Numbered from the stretch's first letter, positions 54,329-64,000 are shown. The stretch is 64,000 nucleotides of DNA from Dehalococcoidia bacterium (GCA_965208795.1 CBDBPQ010000002.1:1014770-1078769); one strand, 5' to 3'. Program-made: numbers and translations. Notes: generated by a model from the letters alone, not told the origin.

Positions 54329-55179
54329 ATGAGTTTGTCTTGCTACAACTTAGATGCGCGGACGCTGATAAACGGCGCAGCCAGGCTTGGCGTTTGTCTG
54401 AGCGCGGAGCAGGCGCGCCTGTTCCGGCGGTACTACATGTCTATGGTGGAGTGGAACGCGAGGGTGAATCTGACGACGGTTACGGAGTGGGAGCAGGCGC
54501 AGCGACGCCACTTTCTGGATTCGCTGTCGGTACGCGGCGCGCTGACGGCGCGCGTCTTCGATGGCGTCTGGGAACGCGGGCGGTTCGTGGACGTGGGAAG
54601 CGGCGCGGGGCTGCCGGGCATTCCCCTGAAGATAGCGTTCCCGGGCATGACGGGCGCGCTGGTGGAGGCGACGGAGAGGAAGGCGCGCTTTCTGCGCGAG
54701 ATGGTAAGCGCTCTTTCGCTGGACGGCTTGGAGGTGGCGCGCGGGCGCGCGGAGGATCTGGCGCGGCTGCCGGAGATGCGCGAGAGATTCGACGTCGCGC
54801 TGGCGCGCGCGGTCGCGCCGATGCCCGCGCTGGCGGAGTTGACGCTGCCATTCTGCCGCGTTGGCGGGCGGGCGATCGTCCATAAGACGCTGGACGCGGC
54901 TGAGGAGATAGAGTCGGCCCGGCACGCGATCGAGACGTTGGGGGAGAGATTCGCGGCTCGGTTGGGCCCTTGTCTGAACATGCAGGCGAATCGGGTCCGG
55001 ACGGTCCAAGTGGTTCGGAGTCTCGTCGGACGCTGCTGGTCATCGAAAAGGTCGCGCCGACGCCGACGCGTTATCCGCGCCGCGCCGGCATTCCCGCCAA
55101 GCGTCCTCTCATGGACCCGGACCGGGGCCCACGCCGCGGCTCCGGTCCGGCGGGGCGCGCCGGCCGCGAAGTCGGATGA
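54329..55179 (+). pseudogene. rsmG: 16S rRNA m7G527 methyltransferase RsmG, reading frame broken at a G5 run
   Basis: ...RHFLDSL...FVDVGSGAGLPGIPLKIAFP... lies in frame 2. The conserved C-terminus RTLLVIEKVAPTPTRYPRRAGIPAKRPL lies in frame 1 (ORF 54970..55179). Adding one G at 54940..54944 would join them as ETLGGEI... Confidence 0.7.
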
Positions 55180-56255
55180 GCCCGTTCAGAGGAGCGCAGC
55201 CGCCCGGAAGCTCTATCGGGCGAAGTTTTCTCTCGGCGCCCACGCTGCTGTCTTTCGCGCTTGCCGCGGCGCTCATCGCGGTTCTGGCGACTACGTTCGA
55301 CCTGGATTGGGAGCGGACGTGGCGCAACATCCGAGCGATGAACCCGTGGATGTACGCGCTGGCGCTGGTCGCGTACTACTCCAGCTTCGTGTTCAGAGGG
55401 GTTCGCTGGCGAATCCTCGCGGAGAACGCCATAGACGGCGATGCCGGGGACGATTCTGGCGATGGGGCGGACGAAGTTCGCCTGCCGTCTTCGCTGTGGA
55501 TCGGCGGGCTGATAGTGATAGGCTGGTTCGTCAACTCGATAACGTGGCTGCGGCTAGGCGACGCGTACCGCGCCTACGCCCTGGGCAACGATTCGGGCGC
55601 GACGTTTTCGTGGAGTCTTGGCACCGTGTTCGCCGAGCGGGTGCTGGACATGGTTACGGTAGCCGCCCTCATCGTAGCCTCGATCGCGCTGCTGGCCGCC
55701 ACCGGCGGGCTGCCCGGGGCGTGGTGGTGGTACATCATCGCGATCGCGATGGTCATGGCATTCGCCATTAGCTTGGCAGCCGCGCTGATGAAGCGTTACG
55801 GCGCGAGCCTTGCCCGGATCCTGCCCAGCGGTCTGGCGGGGGCGTACCGGGCCTTCCAAGAAGGCGCGCTGAGAAGTTTCGACCGTCTGCCCGTCGCGCT
55901 TTCGCTGGGCGCCATCGGCTGGCTGATGGAGATAGCGCGGCTCTACTTCGTCGTCGAGGCGCTGGGCATAGAGGTCGGCTTCGCGCTCATCCCGGTTGTC
56001 GCGCTCGGCCACGCGGTGCTCAGCACCGCGCCGACGCCGGGCGGAATGGGCGCCGTGGAAACGGGCGTTACCGGTCTGCTGCTCATAGAGTCGAGCGCGG
56101 CTGACGCGGCGTCCATCGTCATAATAGATCGGTCTATAACCTATCTCAGCGTGATCGCCGTCGGCGGGGCGCTCTTCGTACTGAGACAGATAGTTCAAGC
56201 GAAGAGGGCCGGAAGGGGACGAGGCGCCGGGCCGGAGGCTGAGACTAGCGCCTGA
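55176..56255 (+). CDS. UPF0104 / lysylphosphatidylglycerol-synthase-TM-region-like (flippase-like) membrane protein
   Basis: Polytopic membrane protein. STAPTPGGMGAVETG motif. ATGA overlap with the rsmG frame-1 stop. Confidence 0.8.
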   Translation: MSPFRGAQPPGSSIGRSFLSAPTLLSFALAAALIAVLATTFDLDWERTWRNIRAMNPWMYALALVAYYSSFVFRGVRWRILAENAIDGDAGDDSGDGADEVRLPSSLWIGGLIVIGWFVNSITWLRLGDAYRAYALGNDSGATFSWSLGTVFAERVLDMVTVAALIVASIALLAATGGLPGAWWWYIIAIAMVMAFAISLAAALMKRYGASLARILPSGLAGAYRAFQEGALRSFDRLPVALSLGAIGWLMEIARLYFVVEALGIEVGFALIPVVALGHAVLSTAPTPGGMGAVETGVTGLLLIESSAADAASIVIIDRSITYLSVIAVGGALFVLRQIVQAKRAGRGRGAGPEAETSA

Positions 56256-56372
56256 CGCGCCGACTGAGGCGAAAATTGGAGTGTATATGTATTCATGCTT
56301 TATTAATCTTGACTTGTTCCTGAAATAGGCGTAGGCTAGGTTCGCAGAATAATCCATATGGGGGAAACGAAT

Positions 56373-57629
56373 ATGGTTGCTAAGGCTGTCCACCACGTCG
56401 TCAAGCGTCCGGGGAGGCTTCTGGGCCACGACGACTATGACATCCCGGTTCCTGACGCGCTGGTTACGGTGCCCGGGATTCGGAAGATCGACGAGGATGT
56501 CTCGTTCTACACGCGAGTCGATCCGCTCGAGTCGCAGAACATAGAAAAGGCGGCTGACCGAGAGTGGGTGTGGACAGTGTACACGCCCGAGGTTTACCAC
56601 TACCGCGAGGAGCACGACAAGGTCAACCAGCCGCTCGTGGACGCCGCAGCGGTGTCCGGCGAGATCCAGCCGACGGGTACGCCGGAGATTGGTGTGGACC
56701 AGACGGATGTGATCCGGCTGAAGGCGCGCGAGCTCGGGTTCGGGGAGGTCGGCTTCACGCGATTCGACCGCCACTACGCTTACAAGAGCAAGCGCCGCTG
56801 GATCAAGTACGAGCATGCCATCTGCCTCGCGCTGGAGCAGGACTACTGGCAGACGCAGACGATCCCGTCGCTGGACGCGGAGTTCGCGCACTTCGGCACC
56901 TACGAGATCGAGGGCGCGGCGGGCCTAGAGCTTGCCGCCTACATCCGCGAGCTGGGCTACCACGCGCAGGTTCACAGCCCCAACGACAACAGCGCGGCGT
57001 ACATTCCCATGTTCGTCGCCGCCGGTCTGGGCCAGCTGGGCGCGAACGGCCAGCTGCTCTCGCCGCACTTCGGCTCGCGCGCGCGTCTGATGATCATAAC
57101 GACTGACGCGCCCGTAACCTACGACGAGCCGATAGACTACGGCATCCACCAGTTCTGCCAGGAGTGCCAGGTCTGCGTGAACCGCTGCCCGGGTCGCGCC
57201 CTGGTGAAGGAGAAGGTCTGGTGGCGCGGCGTAGAGAAGAACAAGCTGATCTACGACCGCTGCCGCCCCGTCATGGCTACCTACGAGGGCTGCGCCGTGT
57301 GCATGAAGGTCTGCCCCGTGCAGCGCTACGGCCTGAAGCCGGTGATGGAACACTACGTCGAGACCGACGGAGAGATTCTCGGCAAGGGCACCGACAACCT
57401 GGAAGGCTACGAGCTTCGGGACAAGGGCTACTACGGCCCAGGCAAGCTGCCCAAGTTCACGCGCGCGTTCTTCGACTTCCCACACGGCAAGAAGGACGAG
57501 TGGCTGTTCAACGAGTTCAAGGAGAAGCTGCAGTCGAACGGCGAGCCGACGCAGAGCGACGTCACCGAGTTCGTAACCGAGCTGCAGGCGATCCTCGCGG
57601 CGGGCGAGACGACGCGCGGCGACGAGTAG
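56373..57629 (+). CDS. RdhA/QueG-superfamily double 4Fe-4S protein (reductive-dehalogenase-like), cytoplasmic
   Basis: FCQECQVCVNRCPGRAL and C-x9-CAVCMKVCP. Upstream AAGLGQLGANGQLLSPHFGSRARLMIITTDAPV. No twin-arginine signal. ATG 56373 is preceded by GGGGGA; an in-frame ATG at 56358 is also possible. Confidence 0.7.
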   Translation: MVAKAVHHVVKRPGRLLGHDDYDIPVPDALVTVPGIRKIDEDVSFYTRVDPLESQNIEKAADREWVWTVYTPEVYHYREEHDKVNQPLVDAAAVSGEIQPTGTPEIGVDQTDVIRLKARELGFGEVGFTRFDRHYAYKSKRRWIKYEHAICLALEQDYWQTQTIPSLDAEFAHFGTYEIEGAAGLELAAYIRELGYHAQVHSPNDNSAAYIPMFVAAGLGQLGANGQLLSPHFGSRARLMIITTDAPVTYDEPIDYGIHQFCQECQVCVNRCPGRALVKEKVWWRGVEKNKLIYDRCRPVMATYEGCAVCMKVCPVQRYGLKPVMEHYVETDGEILGKGTDNLEGYELRDKGYYGPGKLPKFTRAFFDFPHGKKDEWLFNEFKEKLQSNGEPTQSDVTEFVTELQAILAAGETTRGDE

Positions 57630-57803
57630 CGCGACAGTTAGGAGATAGGAGTTAGAGCCTCTCTTCCTCCCGTCTCCTGCCGCCGTAACGAATGGAGCGA
57701 ACGGGGCCGGTCTTGGCGCCAAGGTCGGCCCCGCGTTCTGTTCGCGGCTAAAGGCGCATCCCAAATTCAAGCCCACACCGCTTCCACACAGCGAGGTCAA
57801 CCC

Positions 57804-58004
57804 ATGCCTGCCTTCAGGAAAGAGCACATCGACGCCCTCTTCGGAGAGATCGAGGACGGCTACAAGGACAAGCCGGAGCGAGAGCAGCTTCACCGCGACG
57901 CCCATCTGGCGATCGCTTGGCACGACGCGGGACGAGACATCCCCGACGACTACGACATAGACGACAGGGTGGTCGCTCTGATAGAGAAGCACAAGCCGGC
58001 GTAG
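57804..58004 (+). CDS. Small acidic hypothetical protein (66 aa)
   Basis: Isolated ORF in an otherwise empty gap. Composition is not Arg/Pro-shadow-like. Confidence 0.3.
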   Translation: MPAFRKEHIDALFGEIEDGYKDKPEREQLHRDAHLAIAWHDAGRDIPDDYDIDDRVVALIEKHKPA

Positions 58005-58228
58005 TCGCGCTTAGCGGGCGCCTATTGAGCGATGGTCAGAAGCAACCGTTGTGGTGCTTCTTCATATCCCGCGTCCCAATGCGCTGGCGAACTCACCGGC
58101 GCTCGCGCATCATGATTCCGGTCAAGCGCCCGGCTTGCTTGCGCAATCGCCGTCGCCGCGCTAACATTCTGATTGACAGGCGCTGCCTGTGATATGGTCG
58201 GCATGTTCCCGCTGATGGGAGGCGAGTC

Positions 58229-58753
58229 ATGAGCAATGTTGTGCTTGTGATAGATATGGTGGTCGGCTTCATGGAGCCGGGCCACAATCTTTACTGTGGC
58301 GACGATTCCAGGCGGATCATCCCCCGCATACAACAGTTGATAGAGCGCGAGCAGGCGGACGGCGGCGAAGTCATCTTCATCTGCGATACGCACGATCCCG
58401 ATGACCTAGAGTTCCAGATGTTCCCGGTACATTGTGTGCGCGGAACCGAGGAGCCGGAGGTCATCGAGGAGTTGCGAGGTTACGAGGGCGCGGTGATCGG
58501 CAAGCGTCGATACAGCGCGTTCTTCGAGACCGACCTCGAACGTCGGCTCGCGGATCTGAACCCGGACAAGGTCATCGTGTGCGGCGTGTGTACTGACATT
58601 TGCGTCATGCACACCGCGTCCGACGCTCGCAACCGCGACTATGCGGTGGAGGCGCCGGTGGACTGCGTAGCGAGTTTCGATCAGGACGCGCACGAATACG
58701 CATTGGCTCATATGGAGAAGATTCTAGGCGTCAAGCTGGTCGGCCCCGCATAG
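58229..58753 (+). CDS. pncA: Isochorismatase-family cysteine hydrolase, probable nicotinamidase
   Basis: VLVIDMVVGF, ...KRRYSAFF..., VIVCGVCTDICV catalytic Cys. Adjacent to the NaPRT gene. Confidence 0.75.
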   Translation: MSNVVLVIDMVVGFMEPGHNLYCGDDSRRIIPRIQQLIEREQADGGEVIFICDTHDPDDLEFQMFPVHCVRGTEEPEVIEELRGYEGAVIGKRRYSAFFETDLERRLADLNPDKVIVCGVCTDICVMHTASDARNRDYAVEAPVDCVASFDQDAHEYALAHMEKILGVKLVGPA

Positions 58754-58790
58754 CGACAGTCCCGAGCCGCCGCGCGCGCCGTTTTCCGAA

Positions 58791-59804
58791 ATGGTAAACA
58801 TCAACTCAAACTCACAACGGTTCCAGATTCGGCAAGCCATTCGTGTCGGCGACACCGCCGACATCCAACTCAGTCGCGCGATTGCGATACTGCGGAACGA
58901 GAACGTCAACCCCACTGTCACCATGGAACTTTCGCCCCAGCGCAGCGGAGTGCTGTGCGGGATAGATGAGGCTCTGGAGTTGCTGGACTCGGTTCTGCCC
59001 GGCGCGGGCAGCGAGGTATGGTCCCTGGAAGAGGGTGAGCGCGTCTCTGCGGGCGAGGTGGCGCTGCGAATACGGGCATCATTTGCTACGTTCGGGGTGT
59101 ACGAGACGGCGATATGCGGTATTCTGTCTTCCTGCACCGCCTGGGCTACCGCCGCCCGCGAGTGCGTGGACGCCGCTGACGACGTCCCCGTCATCGCAAT
59201 GCCCGCTCGACACGTCCACCCCAACATCGCCGCGACCATAGACTACTCAGCGATCAAAGGCGGATGCGCCTCTTGCACGACGATCGTCGGCGCGCGCCTG
59301 GCGGGGGTTACGCCGGAGGGGGACATGCCGCACTCGCTGCCTCTGCTGCTCGGGGACACTGTGCGGGCGATTCACTCTTTCCACCGATACTTGCCGCAAG
59401 GCGTGCCGCGCGTGGCGCTGGTGGATACGTTCAAAGACGAGGCTGAGGAAGCGCTGAACGTGGGGCAGGCGCTGCGCGACGACTTGCGCGGGATTCGCCT
59501 GGATACGCCTAACGAGCGCGGCGGAGTGTCAGTGGAACTGGTGCGCGAGGTCAGGGCGCGACTTGACCAGGAGGGCCTGCGCCACGTCGAGATAGCCGTG
59601 AGCGGCGGATTCAATCCTGAGCGCATACAGGAGTTCGTCAAGGCGGGGCCACTGGTGGACAGATTCCTGGTCGGCGCGTACATATCAGACGCGCCTCCCA
59701 ACAACTTCACGGCGGATATTCACGAGATCGAAGGAAGAGCGATCGCCAAGCGCGGTCGCATTCCGGGAGTTACCGCCAATCCGAGGCTGGACAGGCGCAT
59801 CTAG
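58791..59804 (+). CDS. Nicotinate phosphoribosyltransferase (short type, QPRT/NaPRT family)
   Basis: Type II PRT-like barrel pattern ...VALVDTFKDE...LRGIRLDTP...VEIAVSGG... Genomic pairing with the nicotinamidase. Confidence 0.75.
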   Translation: MVNINSNSQRFQIRQAIRVGDTADIQLSRAIAILRNENVNPTVTMELSPQRSGVLCGIDEALELLDSVLPGAGSEVWSLEEGERVSAGEVALRIRASFATFGVYETAICGILSSCTAWATAARECVDAADDVPVIAMPARHVHPNIAATIDYSAIKGGCASCTTIVGARLAGVTPEGDMPHSLPLLLGDTVRAIHSFHRYLPQGVPRVALVDTFKDEAEEALNVGQALRDDLRGIRLDTPNERGGVSVELVREVRARLDQEGLRHVEIAVSGGFNPERIQEFVKAGPLVDRFLVGAYISDAPPNNFTADIHEIEGRAIAKRGRIPGVTANPRLDRRI

Positions 59805-60910
59805 TCCGGAGGCGGAGTGGCGGGGTCGGCGCGCGGTGGGACGTACCTGGAGATCCGCGCGTGGCGGTAGCTTACCTGAAGCGTTATGCCTCCGGGCAGC
59901 CGCGTCCATTTGCCGGACGCGCCAAGCATCAGCCGGTTCATCTCCTCGACGTGGGCAAAGGCGAGGTCGCCATAGGCTTGGGTGGGTTCTTGAGCCGTCG
60001 TTCCCGCCGGGCTCTGCCTGAACGTCTCGACGGCGCGCCTCAGCAGATGCCGCCGGACGGCGGGGTGTAGCTGTCGGAAGGCGCGCCTGTCAAGCGAGAC
60101 GCCGTTCGCATCCTCGCTGATCACGCGCGCGGCGACTCTATCCACCTCCTTGATGATGAAGTCGTAATCGCGCGCGGCCGACTCCGCGAGCCTGCCCAGC
60201 GCGGCGACTATCGCGGGGTTGTACTCCGCCATGCGTGGCAGGAGATCGAGCCTGATGCGGTTGCGCGTCATGTCCACCGACAGGTTGGTCTCGTCGAAAC
60301 GCGGCGACAGCCCGTTGGCGACGCAGTAGGCGACGGTATCCCCCTTGCTGAGGCTCAGCATCGGCCTGAACAGCGTGAGCCTTCCGGACGATACCGGGAT
60401 CTGGGACAGCGTAGTCATTCCGCCCAGTCCGGCGATGCCCGCGCCCCGCAGCAGGTGCATAAGAACCGTTTCGGCCTGGTCGTCGAGTGTGTGGCCCACG
60501 GCGACGGCGACGGCGGTCCGCTCGTCGGCGACACGCGCCAGGAAATCGTAGCGCACGTGTCGGGCTGCCTCTTCGACCGACAGGCGGCGCTTGGCGCCGT
60601 AGGCGTCAACATTCTCAGCGCCTACGGTAAGCGGCACGCGCAGGGCATCCATCCTCTCCTGAACGAACAGGGCGTCGGCGGACGCCTCGGGGCGAAGGCC
60701 GTGGTCGAGATGGGCGGCGAACAGGCGCAGGCGCGTGTCATCGCGCAGCCCTGCGAGCGCGTGAGCCAGCGCGAGCGAGTCCGGTCCACCGGACACGGCG
60801 ATGAGCAGGGTCGCACCGTCCAGACCTTGCGCCTCGACTTGCCGGCGCACGGCGACGCGCAACTTGCGGGTAGCGGAGCGAGCCGCCGCCGCGTCCATTT
60901 CTTCAGTCAC
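59801..60910 (-). CDS. tilS: tRNA(Ile)-lysidine synthetase
   Basis: PP-loop LIAVSGGPDSLALAH, ...AHLDHGLR..., GHTLDDQAETVLMHLLRG. Confidence 0.85.
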   Translation of the reverse strand: MTEEMDAAAARSATRKLRVAVRRQVEAQGLDGATLLIAVSGGPDSLALAHALAGLRDDTRLRLFAAHLDHGLRPEASADALFVQERMDALRVPLTVGAENVDAYGAKRRLSVEEAARHVRYDFLARVADERTAVAVAVGHTLDDQAETVLMHLLRGAGIAGLGGMTTLSQIPVSSGRLTLFRPMLSLSKGDTVAYCVANGLSPRFDETNLSVDMTRNRIRLDLLPRMAEYNPAIVAALGRLAESAARDYDFIIKEVDRVAARVISEDANGVSLDRRAFRQLHPAVRRHLLRRAVETFRQSPAGTTAQEPTQAYGDLAFAHVEEMNRLMLGASGKWTRLPGGITLQVSYRHARISRYVPPRADPATPPPD

Positions 60911-61532
60911 CGGGCAGTTCCCCGTGTACGTGGCGCAGGTGCATCGTCTCGTTAAGCGATACCAGCGCCGTCCGGCCCATATTCACGTCCATTCGGGTGA
61001 TGGAGCCGAGATCAACCTTGAGGCGACGAAAGCCGTTGGGCGGCATATCGAGCGTGGAGCACACGATCATCTGGATGGTGAAGTTGTGGGTTACGGCAAC
61101 GACGGTATCGGATTCGTGGCGTTGGGCTAGATTCTGGATCGTCCGCCAGGCGCGGTCGCGGACATTGGAGAGACTCTCGCCACCCGGCAGCGCCGTGTAG
61201 AAGGCATTCTCGTCCCAACGACGCATCACGTCGGGGAAACGCTCTCGCAACTCGCGCCCGGTGAGACCGTCGAACTCGCCAACATCCATCTCGATCAAGC
61301 CGCTTTCGGTTACGGGTTCGATGCCGGCGCGCCGAGCTATCGCGGCCGCCGTCTGCGCGGCTCGGAGCAAGGGGCTTGCGTACAGTACGAACGGCGCTTC
61401 GAACTCGACCGCGCGCGCGGCGGCTTCGGCCTGGGCCAGCCCAAGCTCGTTCAGCGGCGCCGCGCTCACACCCTGTATCAGGCCGCGCTTGTTGGCATCG
61501 GTCTCTCCGTGTCTGACCAAAATTAGCTTCAC
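60903..61532 (-). CDS. Histidine phosphatase (phosphoglycerate-mutase-like) family protein
   Basis: KLILVRHGETDANK (RHG motif). VAVTHNF (second His). Confidence 0.85.
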   Translation of the reverse strand: MKLILVRHGETDANKRGLIQGVSAAPLNELGLAQAEAAARAVEFEAPFVLYASPLLRAAQTAAAIARRAGIEPVTESGLIEMDVGEFDGLTGRELRERFPDVMRRWDENAFYTALPGGESLSNVRDRAWRTIQNLAQRHESDTVVAVTHNFTIQMIVCSTLDMPPNGFRRLKVDLGSITRMDVNMGRTALVSLNETMHLRHVHGELPGD

Positions 61533-61551
61533 GGTCTTCCCTCAAGAACCG

Positions 61552-62829
61552 TCAGTCCGACTTGGTTACTCGCACCCGCTCTATCTTCAGCGCCTGCATT
61601 TCCAGTATCTCAAATTTCAGGTCGCCATAGTCGAACTGGTCTCTCTCGCTGGGGATTTGGCCGAGGACGTCCAGAACGAAGCCTGCCAGCGTTTCGTACT
61701 CGCCGTCGGGGAGTTCGATGCCTATCTCATCGTTGACCTCCTCAATGCTCATGCCGCCCTCTACGTGGAACGTGTACTCGTCTATGGCGGTGAACTCGTC
61801 TTCGGGCGATTCGCCCTCCTCGCCGACGGGTCCCATCACCACTTCGAGCAGTCGTTTGAGCGTTACCAGGCCGGCCAGTCCCCCGAACTCGTCTATCACC
61901 AGCGCCATCTGGTTGCCGGTCGTTCGCAGCTCATCGAAGAGTTCGGAAATGAGCTTCGTCTCCGGTACGAAGTATGCGTCCCTGATGACCTCGGTCGCGG
62001 AGCTGTTCGGGTTCACGTCCTCGCGCGACATGTAACGCAGGACATCCTTGGACGACAGGATGCCGACCACGTCGTCCGGCGTTTCGCGGTACACCGGGAA
62101 GCGAGTATGAGCGTGCTGGGAGTACATCTTGAGAAAGCTCTGGAGCGAGCCTCCAAGCTGGATGGATACCATCTCTGTCCTGGGAGTCATCACCTCTCGC
62201 ACCTGCCGGTCCCCGAACTGGAAGACGTTTCCGAGCATCGCCGCCTTGTCGGGTTCGAACTCGCCCTCGGCTTCGCCGATATCTATGAGCGTTCGGAACT
62301 CGCCCTCGGTAATCAGGGGCTGTTCTCTCGATCCACCGACCAGGGCGTTCACGCCGCGCGTTATGAACTGGAGTATGATCACGAAGGGCCACATGAGGTA
62401 TTCCGCCCACTTGAGTGGGTATGAGTAGATCGTGGCGACAGGCTCGGCCTTGCGGACGGCGATGGACTTGGGGATTATCTCGCCGAGTATTACCAGCAGG
62501 ATAGTGCTTACGGCGGTTGCGACGGCGACGCCTACGCCCTGGTTTTCGTCACCGACGACGCGCCCGACGATGGTTACGGCGGTTACCGTGAGAACCGCCG
62601 TGAAAGCGGCGTTGACGAGGTTGTTGCCCAACAGGATAGTCGCCAGCAGCCGCTCCGGGTCGGAGATCATGTCCGAGACACGTTTCGCACCCGGCGCCCC
62701 CTCGCTGACGAGGTGGGCGATCCGGGTGCGCTGCACGGACAGAAACGCCGCCTCCGAACTAGAGAAGAAGGCGGACAGAACCAGAAGTACGCCTATGATA
62801 GCGAGACTGAATAACCCTCCATCCGCCAT
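61552..62829 (-). CDS. CNNM/DUF21-CBS-CorC_HlyC hemolysin-family membrane protein
   Basis: N-terminal 4-TM DUF21 (SSSEAAF), a CBS pair (VREVMTPRTEM...) and a C-terminal CorC domain. Confidence 0.9.
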   Translation of the reverse strand: MADGGLFSLAIIGVLLVLSAFFSSSEAAFLSVQRTRIAHLVSEGAPGAKRVSDMISDPERLLATILLGNNLVNAAFTAVLTVTAVTIVGRVVGDENQGVGVAVATAVSTILLVILGEIIPKSIAVRKAEPVATIYSYPLKWAEYLMWPFVIILQFITRGVNALVGGSREQPLITEGEFRTLIDIGEAEGEFEPDKAAMLGNVFQFGDRQVREVMTPRTEMVSIQLGGSLQSFLKMYSQHAHTRFPVYRETPDDVVGILSSKDVLRYMSREDVNPNSSATEVIRDAYFVPETKLISELFDELRTTGNQMALVIDEFGGLAGLVTLKRLLEVVMGPVGEEGESPEDEFTAIDEYTFHVEGGMSIEEVNDEIGIELPDGEYETLAGFVLDVLGQIPSERDQFDYGDLKFEILEMQALKIERVRVTKSD

Positions 62830-62851
62830 GATCGTAATTCTCCCATGCGTC

Positions 62852-63415
62852 TCATTCGCGCCTCCGCCACGCTTCGACGGTCACGCGGCGCGTGATCGGC
62901 GCGCTAAATCCACGTCTTCTGAGGCGCTGCCACATCCGACGGTGGAACCGCTCGTAGTCGGCGCCGAACAACTGTCGCTCGAATTTCGCCGCCACCGCCC
63001 GCGCGGCCCGAAGGTCGTCCAGGTCCTCCACAGCCTCCTCCGCGAGATGCGGAGCTACGCCCTTGCCGGTCATCTCGCGGACGAGCGCCCTCGCGCTGCG
63101 GGGGCTGTTGCGCGCTCGGCTGTCCACCCATGCGCGCGCGAACGCCGCGTCGTCCACCAGCCCTTGCTCCTTGAGGCGGTCTATCGCCCTGTCGAGCACG
63201 TCGGGGTCGAAGCGGTCGGACAGCCGGTCGCGCAACTCTCGCTCGGTGCGCTGCCGATAGGATAGCAGGTTTAGGGCGCGTCCCAACGCGCGTCGCAGCG
63301 GTTTGTCGTCGAACGTCAAGCTACTATGCTCGGGATTGGGCGCTGGCGCCGGCTCGGCCTCCCCAATCTCCTCGACCGGCGCGCCACCCGCGTAAGAGGA
63401 TATTTCGCCAATCAT
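62852..63415 (-). CDS. recX: RecA regulator RecX
   Basis: ...ALNLLSYRQRTERELRDRL... three-helix repeats. Lies 3 nt downstream of recA. Confidence 0.85.
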   Translation of the reverse strand: MIGEISSYAGGAPVEEIGEAEPAPAPNPEHSSLTFDDKPLRRALGRALNLLSYRQRTERELRDRLSDRFDPDVLDRAIDRLKEQGLVDDAAFARAWVDSRARNSPRSARALVREMTGKGVAPHLAEEAVEDLDDLRAARAVAAKFERQLFGADYERFHRRMWQRLRRRGFSAPITRRVTVEAWRRRE

Positions 63416-63418
63416 GCG

Positions 63419-64000
63419 CTAATCTCCGTCGCCTACGAGCACCACCAGGTCGCTGTCTCTTCCGGCGCCGGCCGGCATGGGCTTGCCGGTGATCAGCGAC
63501 TCGATATGCGCGGCGATGTCCGGGTCTTCGCGCAGGAATCGCTTGCAGTTCTCGCGGCCCTGCCCCAGCCGGGTGTCGCCGAACGAGTAGAACGAGCCGC
63601 TCTTCTTGACTACGCCCTTCTCGACGCCCAGTTCCAGCAGTTCGCCCTCCTTGCTGATGCCTTCGTTGAACATGATGTCGAACTCGGCGGTCTTGAAAGG
63701 CGGGGCGACTTTGTTCTTGACCACGCGGGCCCGCACGCGGTTGCCGACGAATTCGCCGGACTGCTTGAGGGATTCGATCCTTCGCAGGTCGAGGCGAACG
63801 GAGCTGTAGAACTTGAGCGCTCGGCCACCGGGCGTCGTCTCCGGGCTGCCCCACAGGACGCCGACTTTCTCCCGTATCTGGTTGATGAATATGACGGCGC
63901 AGTCGGAGCGGCTGATGGCGGACGTTAGCTTGCGGAGCGCCTGGGACATCAGCCTGGCCTGCAGGCCGACGTGGGTATCGCCCATGTCCCCGTCTATCTC
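63419..64000 (-). CDS. recA: Recombinase RecA, C-terminal about 190 aa (5' part outside the window)
   Basis: [15 protein letters not shown]...[36 protein letters not shown]... Confidence 0.95.
   Translation of the reverse strand, partial: EIDGDMGDTHVGLQARLMSQALRKLTSAISRSDCAVIFINQIREKVGVLWGSPETTPGGRALKFYSSVRLDLRRIESLKQSGEFVGNRVRARVVKNKVAPPFKTAEFDIMFNEGISKEGELLELGVEKGVVKKSGSFYSFGDTRLGQGRENCKRFLREDPDIAAHIESLITGKPMPAGAGRDSDLVVLVGDGD

Noticed and set aside
59801-59804. CTAG shared by the convergent stop codons of the NaPRT and tilS genes
   Set aside because: This is a trivial consequence of a palindromic tetranucleotide at a 4-bp convergent overlap. No further structure was seen.

Overview
High-GC (about 65-70% by hand counts of sample lines) bacterial chromosomal segment. 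It is densely coding, with many 4-bp ATGA/GTGA overlaps between adjacent genes. Gene content resembles Chloroflexota/SAR202-type genomes: hydantoinase/oxoprolinase A+B, an LLM flavin monooxygenase, amidohydrolase-2, two family-III CoA-transferases and an RdhA/QueG-like Fe-S protein. That taxon assignment is only an inference. All family calls come from motifs read by eye in the supplied translations; no searches were run.

The most interesting part is the first ~7.2 kb. It is a lower-GC (about 55-58%) island abutting tRNA-Lys(UUU) and contains three things:
- A frameshifted IS701-like transposase remnant.
- An uncharacterised, translationally coupled two-gene operon. One product is a 574-aa protein with an N-terminal excisionase/MerR-type HTH and a C-terminal PLD-fold (MIT_C-like, DPY...HDR) module. 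The other is a 696-aa all-helical protein. A perfect 16-4-16 palindrome with a CTGT-N8-ACAG core sits just upstream.
- An ABC/OLD-type AAA ATPase + DUF4276 (TOPRIM-like) gene pair, bracketed exactly by 30-bp direct repeats that include the 3' end of the tRNA.

I read this as a defence/conflict island whose two-gene operon is a candidate undescribed system.

The rest of the window is housekeeping and catabolic. Housekeeping genes include panB, holB, rdgB, moaA, rsmG, tilS, recX, recA, htpX, pncA/NaPRT, tRNA-Leu and an M16 peptidase. The catabolic genes are those listed above. Notable extras:
- A thioester (CGEQ) alpha-2-macroglobulin lipoprotein.
- An internally duplicated 4-TM double-sensor protein behind a frameshifted solute-binding gene.
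- An ECF sigma/anti-sigma locus with a Met-rich anchored exoprotein.
- Three dispersed intergenic repeat or motif families.
- Apparent frameshifts in rsmG and the solute-binding gene.
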